DNA of 64,000 nucleotides from a virus. Each line of letters begins with the position of its first letter. Within the stretch, counting starts at the first letter, position 1. The stretch spans positions 5,374 through 69,373 of the IMG/VR virus record IMGVR_UViG_3300009177_000034. One strand, 5' to 3'. The position numbers and the translations under genes were made by a program. Below, in pieces: positions 48,084-57,257 of the stretch. The notes beneath the pieces are model-generated. The model was given only the letters and a program-made list of their open reading frames with translations. It ran no database searches and was not told the origin of the DNA.

Positions 48084-48524
48084 TCATGGGAGCCCGGTGA
48101 GGAGGACGCGGCGGACGAGGGCATCCGGGGCGTCGCGCGGGGCCCAGAGGCGGTAGCCGCCCACGTACACCATCTGCCCGCGTATCGGCACCAACAGCGC
48201 CGGCGGCATCAGGCCGGCGAAGCGGTTGGAGGCGGGGAGCGGGTTGGCGAACTCTGACGCCGAAGCGTAAAACCCGCCGCCCAGGCCCACGTTCCGCTCC
48301 GCGGGGTCATAGCTCAGGCCCGACGGCTCGGGCGGCCAGGCGAAGGGCTCGTCCGTTGGGGGCGGGGGCGGCGGCGGCGGGGGCGGCACCACCACGGGCG
48401 GCCCCACCGGCTCCACGCGCGGCACCGGGCCAGTCCCCTCGATGAGGATGCTGTCCGCGTCCACGTCGCGCACGAAGCGCACGAAGCCGTCAATCTGCAT
48501 CCGCCAGGTGACGGGGTCGCTCAT
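48084..48524 (-). CDS. hypothetical Pro-rich protein
   Basis: ATGA coupling, 146 aa. Confidence 0.6.
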   Translation of the reverse strand: MSDPVTWRMQIDGFVRFVRDVDADSILIEGTGPVPRVEPVGPPVVVPPPPPPPPPPTDEPFAWPPEPSGLSYDPAERNVGLGGGFYASASEFANPLPASNRFAGLMPPALLVPIRGQMVYVGGYRLWAPRDAPDALVRRVLLTGLP

Positions 48525-48739
48525 GCCGTCCTCGGCACCCGGCGCTGGGCGGGCTCGTCGGTGCGGACCCGCTGGCGCTCCGTCGTCGCGGGGTGGCGGC
48601 GGGCGTAGTCGGCCGTCACCAGGCGCCCGGTCTTCGAACTGCGGTAGACGGTGATCCGCCGCTTCTCCGGGCTGCGGCGGCGCGTCCGGGCGTGGGACCG
48701 GGCGGCGCGGGGTTGCCGGCGCGTCGGCTTGGTCGGCAT
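48521..48739 (-). CDS. small basic protein
   Basis: AAGGAG RBS; RSSKTGRLVT..YA.RHP.TT motif. Confidence 0.65.
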   Translation of the reverse strand: MPTKPTRRQPRAARSHARTRRRSPEKRRITVYRSSKTGRLVTADYARRHPATTERQRVRTDEPAQRRVPRTA

Positions 48740-48943
48740 GGGCAGGCTCCTTTCAGGGGACCTCGGGGGCGGCCAGCTTGCCGACCCCGGCGCAGGTGCG
48801 GCGGCCCGGGCGGCGCGGGTCGGTGTGCGGCGGCAGCAGGGCGGAGGGCACCGTCAGCGGGAACACCCGCCGACACTCGGGGCAGCGGCCGTGGCCGGGC
48901 GGGGGCGCCTTCGGCCGCGGGGGTGGCGTCGCGCCGGGGCGGC

Positions 48944-49345
48944 TCATGGGGCGACCTTGGCCCAGAGCGTCTCCCAGGCGGCTAGCTCGTCGTCGGTCAG
49001 CTTCGTCAGGTCCGGGCGCTGGCCCACGAAGCCGGAAAGCTCCGTCTTGTCCTTGCGGCCCCAGCGGTCGGTGGCCCGCCGCTCCAGCCACCACTGCAGC
49101 GCCTTGGCGTCCTTCTCGCCGAACTTCATCATCCGGCCGACGGCGAGGATCTCGGCGTCGAGTTCTGCGTCAAGCACTGCTTGGCGAAACGCCTCATATA
49201 TCGCGCCCTTCCGATGCATCCACTTCGACATGGTCGTGGGGTCTAACCCCACGCGCTGGGCGGCGATTTCCCGGAAGTTCCCAGCGCGCAGGTAGCGCAC
49301 AATCTTTTCCACCAACTCGGGCGTGCAACGGGTTGGCCTACCCAT
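48944..49345 (-). CDS. terS: terminase small subunit
   Basis: MGRPT..TPE....I...L..GN....AA HTH and WWLERR; upstream of terL. Confidence 0.75.
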   Translation of the reverse strand: MGRPTRCTPELVEKIVRYLRAGNFREIAAQRVGLDPTTMSKWMHRKGAIYEAFRQAVLDAELDAEILAVGRMMKFGEKDAKALQWWLERRATDRWGRKDKTELSGFVGQRPDLTKLTDDELAAWETLWAKVAP

Positions 49346-49874
49346 CGGGGACCTCGTTCAGCCGGGCGTAGTCACCGAAGCGCCGACGGGCCGCCCTGTT
49401 GTAGGCGCGCGCGGCCTCCGCCTCGGTGGCGAAGGTGCCGACGGAGCGGGTCTGGAGACGCGCCTCCCAACGGCCAGACGCACGCTGGCGGACGCCCAAG
49501 AACCGACTCGCCCGGCCACGGGTGAGACTGTCGCGCCGCCCTGCGAGATTCTGGCTCCGGGTGGCCAGGCGCAGATTGGCGCTCCGGTTATCCACCACCA
49601 TGTCGGCCTCGCGGTGTTCGCGGTGGTCCACGTCCTCCCGCCGCCGTAGCCGTCGGCCGAGCTTGGCTTCTAGCAACACGCGATGCACCCAGGCCATCGG
49701 GCCCCCACGGCGCCCCGTCCGCACATGCGCGACTGCGTACACTCGGGCCACACTGCCGTCCCGGCGGCGCACCACGCTGGCGCAGGCCTTCCCGAGGCCA
49801 GCGGCAGCCAGGATCGCGGGCGCGTCGTCGTCCAGGAGCATCGTGTAGCCCCTCGTCAGAGAAACCTCAACCAC
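49338..49874 (-). CDS. HNH-AP2 homing endonuclease
   Basis: LTRG..LDD..HR..VDH..DNR..NLRLAT..QN..GV..WEA..GTF.TE.EAARAYN. Confidence 0.88.
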   Translation of the reverse strand: MVEVSLTRGYTMLLDDDAPAILAAAGLGKACASVVRRRDGSVARVYAVAHVRTGRRGGPMAWVHRVLLEAKLGRRLRRREDVDHREHREADMVVDNRSANLRLATRSQNLAGRRDSLTRGRASRFLGVRQRASGRWEARLQTRSVGTFATEAEAARAYNRAARRRFGDYARLNEVPDG

Positions 49875-50286
49875 GGGTGTCCACCAGAGGCCGGGCGGCG
49901 TCCAGGGCCGCCCAGGGCACCACGAGGGCGCCCTCCCGGAAGGGCGTCAGGCGCGCGATGACGACCTGGCTCTCACTCTCGCCGACGATGCGGGTCGGGA
50001 CGAGCGTCACGATCTGGTAGCCGAAGCGGGCCAGGCGGGTCGCCTCGGTCGGGGTGAGCCACCACGCCAGGCCGGCCAGCGATCGGCAGGCGCTCCCCAG
50101 GTGCTCGCCCGGGAAGGCGCGGAGCGGGACGGAGGCGAGCGACCAGCCGAGTTCCTCCCAGAACGGACGGGGGCGCGGCGGGGCGTCGCCGTCCTCGGCG
50201 TCCGACCAGCGGCGCGAGAAGCCGGGGCGGAAGGGCCCGCGCCCCTCGGCGTCCTGGACCCGCCAGACGGGGGCGAGCCTATCCAT
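49867..50286 (-). CDS. hypothetical protein
   Basis: VWRVQD.EGRGPF N-terminus, 139 aa, overlaps neighbours. Confidence 0.65.
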   Translation of the reverse strand: MDRLAPVWRVQDAEGRGPFRPGFSRRWSDAEDGDAPPRPRPFWEELGWSLASVPLRAFPGEHLGSACRSLAGLAWWLTPTEATRLARFGYQIVTLVPTRIVGESESQVVIARLTPFREGALVVPWAALDAARPLVDTRG

Positions 50287-50622
50287 AGGCGTCCACGAGG
50301 CCGCAGGCGGCGGCGGCGAGGCAGACGAGGGCGGCCCAGCCCCAGGGGTCCTCCTCCCGGTCGGTCCAGGCCGAGACCACCAGGCAGACGACGCCGACGC
50401 CGCCCGTGACGAGCCAAAAGGCCTTCACCGTCCGGGCCCCCCACGCCTGGCGTTCAGTCGGTCAGTCATGGCCGCTTGTCCGGGGCGTCCTTGGCGCGCG
50501 GCGGCGGCGGACGGCGGGCGCCGGGCACGACCCGCCCGGGGCGCTGCGAGGAGGCCGCGGCACTCGACCGGCGCCGTCGTCGCGCCCCCCGTCGCCCGGG
50601 CGTCGTCTGCACCGGCGGCCCC

Positions 50623-51939
50623 TCATGCCAGGGTCGGGGTCAGGCCCATGCCGGCCAGGCGCTCCAGCACCACCGCCACGTAGCGCGGCTCGATCTCCAA
50701 GCCGTAACACCGGCGGCCCAACTGCTGGGCGGCGACGAACTGCGACCCGCTCCCCGCCATGGGCTCGTAGGCCAGTTCCCCCGGGCGCAGGTGGTTCAGG
50801 ATCGGCTGGGCGAACAGGGCGACGGGTTTCTGCGTCGGGTGCGCCCCATCGCGCTCGCGGCCCATCTCCCACACCGTGTCCTGGTCCCGGCCGCGCAGCC
50901 ACACGCAGCGCCGGCCGCGAATCCACCCGTAGAAGCACAGTTCGTGGCGCCAGTGGTAGTCGCCGCGGCCCATGATCAGCGACGGCTTCACCCAGATGAT
51001 CTGCCGGTGGATCAGGATGTCGGCAGCGGCGGCGGCGGCGGCGAAGAAGGTGCCCTGCGTGAGCATCGGGTGCCAGAGGTAGAAGGCCGGGTTGGGGCAC
51101 AGCACCGGCACGGCGGTGCGGATGACGGCCTCCAGGAACGCCTGCAGGCGAGGGCCGTCCACCTCGTCGTTCTGCATCTGCTCGCTGGGCCGCCGGCTGT
51201 AGTCCGTCACGCCCGCCGCGTCGCCCGTGCGCTTGGCGTTGCCGCGACGCCGCGAGTTGGCGATGTTGCCGTAGTCCACGCCGTAGGGCGGGTCGGTGTT
51301 CATCAGGCCCGCGCGCTCGTCGCCCATCAGGGCGGCCACCTCCTCGGCGCTCGTGGCATCCCCGCAGCGCAGGCGATGCGCGCCGATGACCCACGTCTGC
51401 CCGCGCGCCGTGTTCCACTTGCGCTGCAGGACCTCCGCCTGCTCCAGCAACGGGCCGGGGTCGTCCTCGACGGTCTCCTCCGGGGCGAGCCCGCGCAGCA
51501 GGTCGTCGATGTCGTCCTGGTCGTAGCCGGTGCCGGCCAGCCCGTCCTGCGCGGCGAGGTCGGCGAGCATGGCGGCCAGGCCTGCGTCGTCCCAGCCGCC
51601 CACCTCGCTGAGCCGGTTGTCGGCGATGAGGTAGGCCTCGGCATCGGCATCCGTCTCGAAGCTGACGCCCCGCAGCACGGGCACGAGCCAGGCATCTCCT
51701 TCCACCCGGATGCGCGCTGGCGCCGGCCCGCCCGCGGCCTTGCGCTGCTGCAGGGCGTCTAGCCGGCCACCCCCCGCTACCAGCCGCCCGGTGCGCTCGT
51801 TGACCAGCAAGGGCGCCACGAAGCCGAAGCGGTCGAGGGAGGCCCCGAGCGCGGCGAGGTCGTGAGCCTTAGGGTTCCGCGGCGCGCGCACGATGGCCGC
51901 CAGGTCCATGTACTCCACACGCGGCGCGCTCGTCGTCAT
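50623..51939 (-). CDS. ParB-domain N6/N4 DNA methyltransferase 1
   Basis: RNPKAH..GF..P..GGGRL; TDPPY; HPTQKP; EPMAGSGS. Confidence 0.92.
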   Translation of the reverse strand: MTTSAPRVEYMDLAAIVRAPRNPKAHDLAALGASLDRFGFVAPLLVNERTGRLVAGGGRLDALQQRKAAGGPAPARIRVEGDAWLVPVLRGVSFETDADAEAYLIADNRLSEVGGWDDAGLAAMLADLAAQDGLAGTGYDQDDIDDLLRGLAPEETVEDDPGPLLEQAEVLQRKWNTARGQTWVIGAHRLRCGDATSAEEVAALMGDERAGLMNTDPPYGVDYGNIANSRRRGNAKRTGDAAGVTDYSRRPSEQMQNDEVDGPRLQAFLEAVIRTAVPVLCPNPAFYLWHPMLTQGTFFAAAAAAADILIHRQIIWVKPSLIMGRGDYHWRHELCFYGWIRGRRCVWLRGRDQDTVWEMGRERDGAHPTQKPVALFAQPILNHLRPGELAYEPMAGSGSQFVAAQQLGRRCYGLEIEPRYVAVVLERLAGMGLTPTLA

Positions 51940-53159
51940 GCCAGCGCCGGCGTGAGGCCGAGGCCCTGCAGCCGCTCCAGGATCACGGCGACATACCTGG
52001 GCTCGATCTCCAGGCCATAGCAGCGGCGGCCCGACTGCTCGGCCGCCACCAGCGCCGTGCCGCTCCCGCTGAAGGCGTCCGCGACCACGTCGCCGACAGC
52101 GCTGTAGCTGTCGAAGAGGTCGGCCCACATTTGCAGCGGCTTCGGGCACGGGTGGTACGGGCTCAGCGACCCCATGCCTTCCGCGCGTTGCGGCGGCACC
52201 GGGTGGTCGAACACGTCGTTGGCCCTTCCTCGCAGCCACCCCTCGCCGAAGAACAGCACCGGCTCCCAGCACCACCAGCGCGACACCTTGCCGTTTGTCA
52301 TCGCGTTGGTCTTGGTCCACGGCGCGACATGGTAGGGGTCGAACCAGCGCAGCCAGGAGGCTAGGTTGACGCAGCCAGGGGTGACGATCTGTCGGGCCGT
52401 CACGCCCTGCCACTGGCCGAACCAGGCCCGCGTGAACGCCTCGTAGGCGCGCACGTCCTTGTCGTCGCCCGTCGTGCCGCCGCCGTAGTCCTTGCCGACG
52501 TTGTAGGGCGGGTCCGTGGCGAGCAGAGCGCCGCGCGCGCCGTCCATCAGGCGGGCGACATCGGCTGCCTGGGTGGCGTCACCGCACAGCACGCGATGGC
52601 GACCCACGGTCCACAGTTGCCCGGGCTCGGTGCGCCACTTGGCCTGCAACTCCCCGGCGCGGTCGAGGTCGACGCCCGGGTCCTCCGTCCCGTTGGCGCT
52701 GTGCCCGAGGTCGCGCAGCAGCGCGTCCACGTCGTCCTGCTCGTAGCCGGTGCCTGGCAGGGCGTCCTGGGCGGCCAGGTCCGACAGCAGCGCCCCGAGG
52801 CCGGCCGCATCCCACCCGCCCAACTCGACCAGGCGGTTGTCCGCCACCAGGTAGGCCTCGGCCTCGGCGTCGGTGGCGAAGCTGACGCCGCGCAGGACCG
52901 GGACGAGCCAGGCGTCACCCTCGACCCGGATGCGCGCAGGCGGGGCCCCGCCGCTGGCCTTGCGCTGCTGGAGGGCGTCCAGGCGCCCGCCGCCGGCGAC
53001 CAGCCGGCCCGTGCGCTCGTTCACCAGGAGCGGGGCGACGAAGCCGAAGCGGTCCAGGGAGGCCGACAGGGCCGAGATGTCATGGGACTTCGGGTTCCTG
53101 GGCGCCCGGACTATCGTGCCCAGGTCCATGTATTCGACTCTCGGCTGCTGGTCAGGCAC
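51936..53159 (-). CDS. ParB-domain N6/N4 DNA methyltransferase 2
   Basis: same ParB N-terminus; TDPPY; HPCPKP; DAFSGSGT; GTG start inferred. Confidence 0.9.
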   Translation of the reverse strand: MPDQQPRVEYMDLGTIVRAPRNPKSHDISALSASLDRFGFVAPLLVNERTGRLVAGGGRLDALQQRKASGGAPPARIRVEGDAWLVPVLRGVSFATDAEAEAYLVADNRLVELGGWDAAGLGALLSDLAAQDALPGTGYEQDDVDALLRDLGHSANGTEDPGVDLDRAGELQAKWRTEPGQLWTVGRHRVLCGDATQAADVARLMDGARGALLATDPPYNVGKDYGGGTTGDDKDVRAYEAFTRAWFGQWQGVTARQIVTPGCVNLASWLRWFDPYHVAPWTKTNAMTNGKVSRWWCWEPVLFFGEGWLRGRANDVFDHPVPPQRAEGMGSLSPYHPCPKPLQMWADLFDSYSAVGDVVADAFSGSGTALVAAEQSGRRCYGLEIEPRYVAVILERLQGLGLTPALA

Positions 53160-53667
53160 GGGCTCGGCGCTCCAACTTGAGGGCCTTCGACGCTTCGTAG
53201 TCTTGGCGCTGTCGCGCCCGGGCGTCCGCACTGGTGGGGACACCTCGCCCGGCCTTGCGGCGCTGAAACGCGACGGCCTGCTCGACCTCGGCTCGCTTGA
53301 TCCGCACATGCTCGCGGATGGCCTCCAACACCACGAGGGCTTGGCCATGCGTGTAGATGAGGTTCCAGGCTCCGCTCCCTGCCTTCGCGTGGCCCTTGTA
53401 GGCCGAGCTTCGGAAGGTCAGATGGCCACCGCCGAACCTCGCCCGAATCTCATGGAGGATCGCCGGGTCCCGTTGCGTGAACGCCGCTGAGATGAAGAAC
53501 TCCTCGGGGTGCGTCCGGTCCGTCGAGTGGGCCTTCCGCCGGTAGATACCGACGGAGCCGTCCCCGTCGAAGAACCCGGCCAGCCAGCGGAGGTCCAGCG
53601 GGGCCCGGACGATGGCGGCCAGGTCCATGTATTCCACGCGCGGGGTGCCGAGGCCCTCCGTGCTCAT
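53152..53667 (-). CDS. free-standing LAGLIDADG endonuclease
   Basis: WLAGFFDGDGS..TQRD..L..I...FGG..W..IK. Confidence 0.88.
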   Translation of the reverse strand: MSTEGLGTPRVEYMDLAAIVRAPLDLRWLAGFFDGDGSVGIYRRKAHSTDRTHPEEFFISAAFTQRDPAILHEIRARFGGGHLTFRSSAYKGHAKAGSGAWNLIYTHGQALVVLEAIREHVRIKRAEVEQAVAFQRRKAGRGVPTSADARARQRQDYEASKALKLERRARA

Positions 53668-53668
53668 G

Positions 53669-54007
53669 TCAGCGGGGCCCCGCGAAGGCGCGCGGCATGC
53701 TCTTCGACTCCAGGTGCCGGGCCCGCCACTGCGCGGCCACCTGCCGCACGATCACATCGGCGCGATGGTTGGCCGGCCGCGGCGCGCCGCAGCGGACGCA
53801 CGTCGGGCTCCGCGTGCCGACGGCGCCGTAGACGGTGAAGAAGTGGCGGCGATGCCCGGGGCAGGGCCGCCCCCGGCGCCCGCCCAGGCCCCAACTCAGG
53901 GCGATGTCGGTCAGCGTCGACGACGCGCCGAGCAGGCCGCACGCCTGGAGGAAGATCAGCACGCGGCGCTGGCGCGCGCGGAGCCGGGCGCGCGCGGCCG
54001 GGGTCAT
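53669..54007 (-). CDS. hypothetical protein (possible Zn finger)
   Basis: C..H...CVRCG; ATGA coupling. Confidence 0.5.
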   Translation of the reverse strand: MTPAARARLRARQRRVLIFLQACGLLGASSTLTDIALSWGLGGRRGRPCPGHRRHFFTVYGAVGTRSPTCVRCGAPRPANHRADVIVRQVAAQWRARHLESKSMPRAFAGPR

Positions 54008-54135
54008 GCGGCGGCCTCCTCGTCGTCGTCCTCATCCTCGTCGTCGTCCTCGTGGTCGTCGTCGCGGTCGTCATCTGGAGCGGGGCGCGGCGTCGGCGGG
54101 ACCGGGGCAAAGGCGAGGCGCGGGGTGATTGGCAT
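54004..54135 (-). CDS. small acidic peptide
   Basis: TAGAAT box and GGAGG RBS upstream; D/E tract. Confidence 0.5.
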   Translation of the reverse strand: MPITPRLAFAPVPPTPRPAPDDDRDDDHEDDDEDEDDDEEAAA

Positions 54136-54217
54136 GGCGCCCTCCGATTCTACGGCAGAGGGCGGGCCTGACCCGCATGTTGCGGCCAAGCCCGCCCCCG
54201 GGTCAGAGGTTAGCGGC

Positions 54218-55123
54218 CTAGTCGGGGATGCAGAGCGCCGGCGTGTTCAGGTGCGTCCCGAGGGGGCAGACGCAGGGCAGGACCACCGGCGGCGGCTCGT
54301 TGCGGACGGGCTCGATGCTCAGGCGGCGCGCCACCAGTTCGGTGTCGCCCGTGATCGCCAGGCCCGTGTGGGGGTGGATTTCGCCGGCCATCGAGAAGAT
54401 GACCACGTTGTCGAGGGTGCCCGCCTGCCCGATATGCACGTTGTTGCCGGGCCCGGAGGGCGTCTGGATGAACAGGTCGCGGAGGGTCGCGTTGGTCGGT
54501 TCGGTGTTGACCTGGCCGAGTACGTTGACGTTGGCCCGCACGCCCGCGCTGTCGGTCTCAATGGTGCCGTCGTGCAGCACGCGGACTTCGCGGACGTTGT
54601 AGGTCCCGCCCGCCGTCAGGATCAGGGTCCCGCCCGCGTTGACGCGGACGATGCCGTAGCAGCCGGGCGCGAGGCTCAGCGTGGCCCCCGCGGCCACGGT
54701 GACGTTGGCCGCCGTCTTGACACAGTTGTCGACGACGTTGACCGTCGGGATGGAGGCCAGGCAGGCCGCCGACGGCGCGAAGTTCCCGGGGCCGACCTGG
54801 GTCTGGTCCAGGCAGGTCCCGCCCGCGAAGATGATCTTGTTCGCCACGCACTTGTCGACGACGGCCCCCGTCCCGAGGAAGATCTGGTTGGCCGTGATCG
54901 TGCCCTTGATGATGTTCTTCGCGCCGACGTGCACCTCGCCCGTCGGGTTGGTGAGCAGGATGTTGCCCGTCAGGTTCACCGGGCCATTCTCGAAGTCGAT
55001 GTCGTTCGTGCCCACCAGGATGAAGTGGCCCCCGCACTCCGGGAGGTTCACCGCGGCCGCCGGGGCCGCCCCCGCCAGGCCGACCAGTAGTGCCAGCATC
55101 CCAACCAGTGCTGCTCGTCTCAT
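54218..55123 (-). CDS. secreted Cys-containing beta-helix-like protein
   Basis: signal peptide MRR..AAAV; Asn/Gly/Ile-rich repeats. Confidence 0.72.
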   Translation of the reverse strand: MRRAALVGMLALLVGLAGAAPAAAVNLPECGGHFILVGTNDIDFENGPVNLTGNILLTNPTGEVHVGAKNIIKGTITANQIFLGTGAVVDKCVANKIIFAGGTCLDQTQVGPGNFAPSAACLASIPTVNVVDNCVKTAANVTVAAGATLSLAPGCYGIVRVNAGGTLILTAGGTYNVREVRVLHDGTIETDSAGVRANVNVLGQVNTEPTNATLRDLFIQTPSGPGNNVHIGQAGTLDNVVIFSMAGEIHPHTGLAITGDTELVARRLSIEPVRNEPPPVVLPCVCPLGTHLNTPALCIPD

Positions 55124-55410
55124 GTGCTCCCTTTCCCTTTCCCATCAGGTGAAGTAGCGTCGTCCGTGGCCAGCGCGTCGTCGCCGATTCTCGCCTCCTC
55201 CCCCGCCCGCAGCACGACCCCGTCGCGCCGCAGCGTCGCCTCGACTATGTCCGTGAACTCGCCGCTCCGCACCTGGCGGAGGGCGTCCCGCAGCAGGATG
55301 GCCCGCGTCAGCAGCCGGCGCGCCTCGTCCTGCGAGGCCGCGAGGTCCGCGGCCAGGCGCCGCTCTAGCGCGGCGCTCCGCGCCGCCTCCTGGGCCGCCC
55401 CGCGGGTCAT
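55120..55410 (-). CDS. hypothetical protein
   Basis: ATGA couplings on both sides. Confidence 0.6.
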   Translation of the reverse strand: MTRGAAQEAARSAALERRLAADLAASQDEARRLLTRAILLRDALRQVRSGEFTDIVEATLRRDGVVLRAGEEARIGDDALATDDATSPDGKGKGST

Positions 55411-55680
55411 CGCTCGTCGTCCTGCCCCATCCCGAGCGCCCGCAGGCGCCGCTGGACGGTGGCCTCGCTCAGCATCTTGACGGCCCAGCGGAGGGCCTTG
55501 AGTTCCGCCCGGGACCGCTGCATCGCATGCGGCCGCTCCAGCCCGTCCCGCACCCGGGCGGCGAGGTAGTCAATCCGCCGCTCGATGGTGTCCAGGAACC
55601 GATGGCCCACCAGGTCGTCGGCGGCGACGCGCGCCCTGTTATCGCGCACCGGGCTCCCGGGCGTCAACGGTCGTCTCCGG

Positions 55681-55887
55681 TCATTGCACGTCCACCGTCG
55701 CCATCGTCAGGCGGAGGACGGCGTCGTAGCTGTCGCAGGCCAGCGCGGCCCGCCCGTACTCGTCGGCCGCCTGCGCGAAGCCGGCCCGACGGAGGGCCTT
55801 GGTGACACGGCCCACAATACTGAAAACGTTTCCATCTTCGCCCGACAGTTGGACCCGGACCTCCGCGGGGGTTGCGGGGGCGCTCAT
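55681..55887 (-). CDS. conserved small phage protein
   Basis: LSGEDGNVFSIVGRV.KALRRAG motif. Confidence 0.75.
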   Translation of the reverse strand: MSAPATPAEVRVQLSGEDGNVFSIVGRVTKALRRAGFAQAADEYGRAALACDSYDAVLRLTMATVDVQ

Positions 55888-56108
55888 GCGCCCGCCTCGA
55901 TGACGCGGTAGGAGAAGGTGGCGAACGACCGGCGGTTGATCGCGTTCAGGCTATCGGCGTGGTTCTGGGCGGCCTTGCGCGACGTGTAGACGCTGACGCG
56001 CCCGGCCTCTTTCAGGAGGGCCTCGCGGGTGCCGGTGACGCCGCCGCTGACGCGGCAGAGGATGTGGAAGGTGCCGGCGTCCTGTTCGGGGATGCGATTC
56101 GTGGTCAT
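55884..56108 (-). CDS. hypothetical protein
   Basis: first gene after promoter/leader cassette; AAGGAG RBS. Confidence 0.7.
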   Translation of the reverse strand: MTTNRIPEQDAGTFHILCRVSGGVTGTREALLKEAGRVSVYTSRKAAQNHADSLNAINRRSFATFSYRVIEAGA

Positions 56109-56115
56109 GTTGTAG

Positions 56116-56191
56116 CTCCTTGCTGCGCGGCTTGGCGGCGCCGGCTGCCTGTCGATGTCCTGACTATGCGCCGCTCTTGTCAGCGTGTCAA
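56116..56191 (-). promoter_or_regulatory. repeated promoter (copy 3) plus leader hairpin
   Basis: TTGACA-17-CATAGT, then GGCAGCCGGCGCCGCCAAGCCGCGCAGCAAGGAG. Confidence 0.8.
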
Positions 56192-56526
56192 GCGCGAACC
56201 TTCGGCGGGCGCGCCTTCCCCGCGGGGCGTCGGGCCCGGCGCTGGCCCGCCCGGGGGGCGCCGCCGGCCTTCGGGTGCTGGCTCGGCTGCCGGTAGTCAG
56301 GCTTCCACTCCCAGAGTGTGGCTAGCGGAATCATGATGCGGTCGCCCAGCATGCGGAACTTCAGGGCGCCGCGGACCGTGGCGTAGCGGGCGGCCTGGCG
56401 CGAGACGCCGTGGGCGCGGGCGGCCGCCGACGCCGTGATGCAGGGCACGCCGTCGACCTGGTAGACGGGCTCCTCGGGCGGCACCTTGCGGCCCCGGGAG
56501 AGAGACTTTGTCGCGCTGGTAACCAT
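56188..56526 (-). CDS. winged-HTH (excisionase/MerR-like) DNA-binding protein
   Basis: ITASAAARAHGVSRQA....RGAL....G.RIMIP. Confidence 0.72.
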   Translation of the reverse strand: MVTSATKSLSRGRKVPPEEPVYQVDGVPCITASAAARAHGVSRQAARYATVRGALKFRMLGDRIMIPLATLWEWKPDYRQPSQHPKAGGAPRAGQRRARRPAGKARPPKVRA

Positions 56527-56773
56527 TGGTTCCTCCTCTGACAAACCTACCCGTCCTGCGACAGGGATGCTACTCGGGGGTGTCGACGCGGCGCACCGCC
56601 CGACGGCCCCGCACCCAGGCGGCCCAGGCGGCGACGCGCTCGGCCTCCTCGGGCGTCGCGCAGGCGATCTGATACCCCTTGATGGGGGACCGCACGATCA
56701 GCGGCCCGCGGGGACCCTGCCGGCGGGCGGGGGCCGCGTCCGAGGCGGCGACGGGCTCCGCGTCCATGCCGCC

Positions 56774-56803
56774 ACTCTACGGCGTCTGTTGTCGCCCTGT
56801 CAA
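56774..56803 (-). promoter_or_regulatory. repeated promoter, copy 4 (probably leaderless)
   Basis: TTGACA-gggCGACAAca..(18 nt)-TAGAGT, ATG 6 nt later. Confidence 0.7.
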
Positions 56804-57011
56804 TCGCCCTCGATCTTGTCGGCCGCCCGCGCCAGGACCGCCTGCTCGTCCGGGTCGTCGCCGTCCCAGGGCCACTCGCCGGCCAGGACGAAGCGGGCGG
56901 CGCGGGCCAGGAGTTCGCGCTCCTGCGGCGTCAGGCGAGGGCGGCGGGGCGGCCGGCCCGGCGCCTGGAAGGGGTTCCCGTGGTCGTCCGCCGCGTAGTA
57001 GGTGCGGGCCA

Positions 57012-57257
57012 TCAGCGTGCCGCCGTCCACAGGTCGGTGCGGTGGTCGAGGCGGCGCCAGAACACGACGCCCGGCTTGGCCGTGGCCGTCGCGATCTCGC
57101 CCTTGTTGCCGGTTTCGCCGAGGCAGAACAGTTGCCGGGACGACTTGACCCCCGCGCAGCGTGCCGCCTCGGCCTGGGAGCGGGCGGCGACAATCTCGCG
57201 CGTCTGGCCCGCGCTGCGGTAGCTTTGCCAGCCGTAGACCTTGAGTGGACGCGCCAT
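57012..57257 (-). CDS. hypothetical protein
   Basis: MARPLKVYGWQ; TGATG couplings. Confidence 0.6.
   Translation of the reverse strand: MARPLKVYGWQSYRSAGQTREIVAARSQAEAARCAGVKSSRQLFCLGETGNKGEIATATAKPGVVFWRRLDHRTDLWTAAR

Noticed and set aside
51022-51043. GCC repeat (poly-Ala) in methyltransferase 1 as a phase-variation tract
   Set aside because: Triplet unit keeps the frame, the tract is short and imperfect, and there is no evidence of length variation
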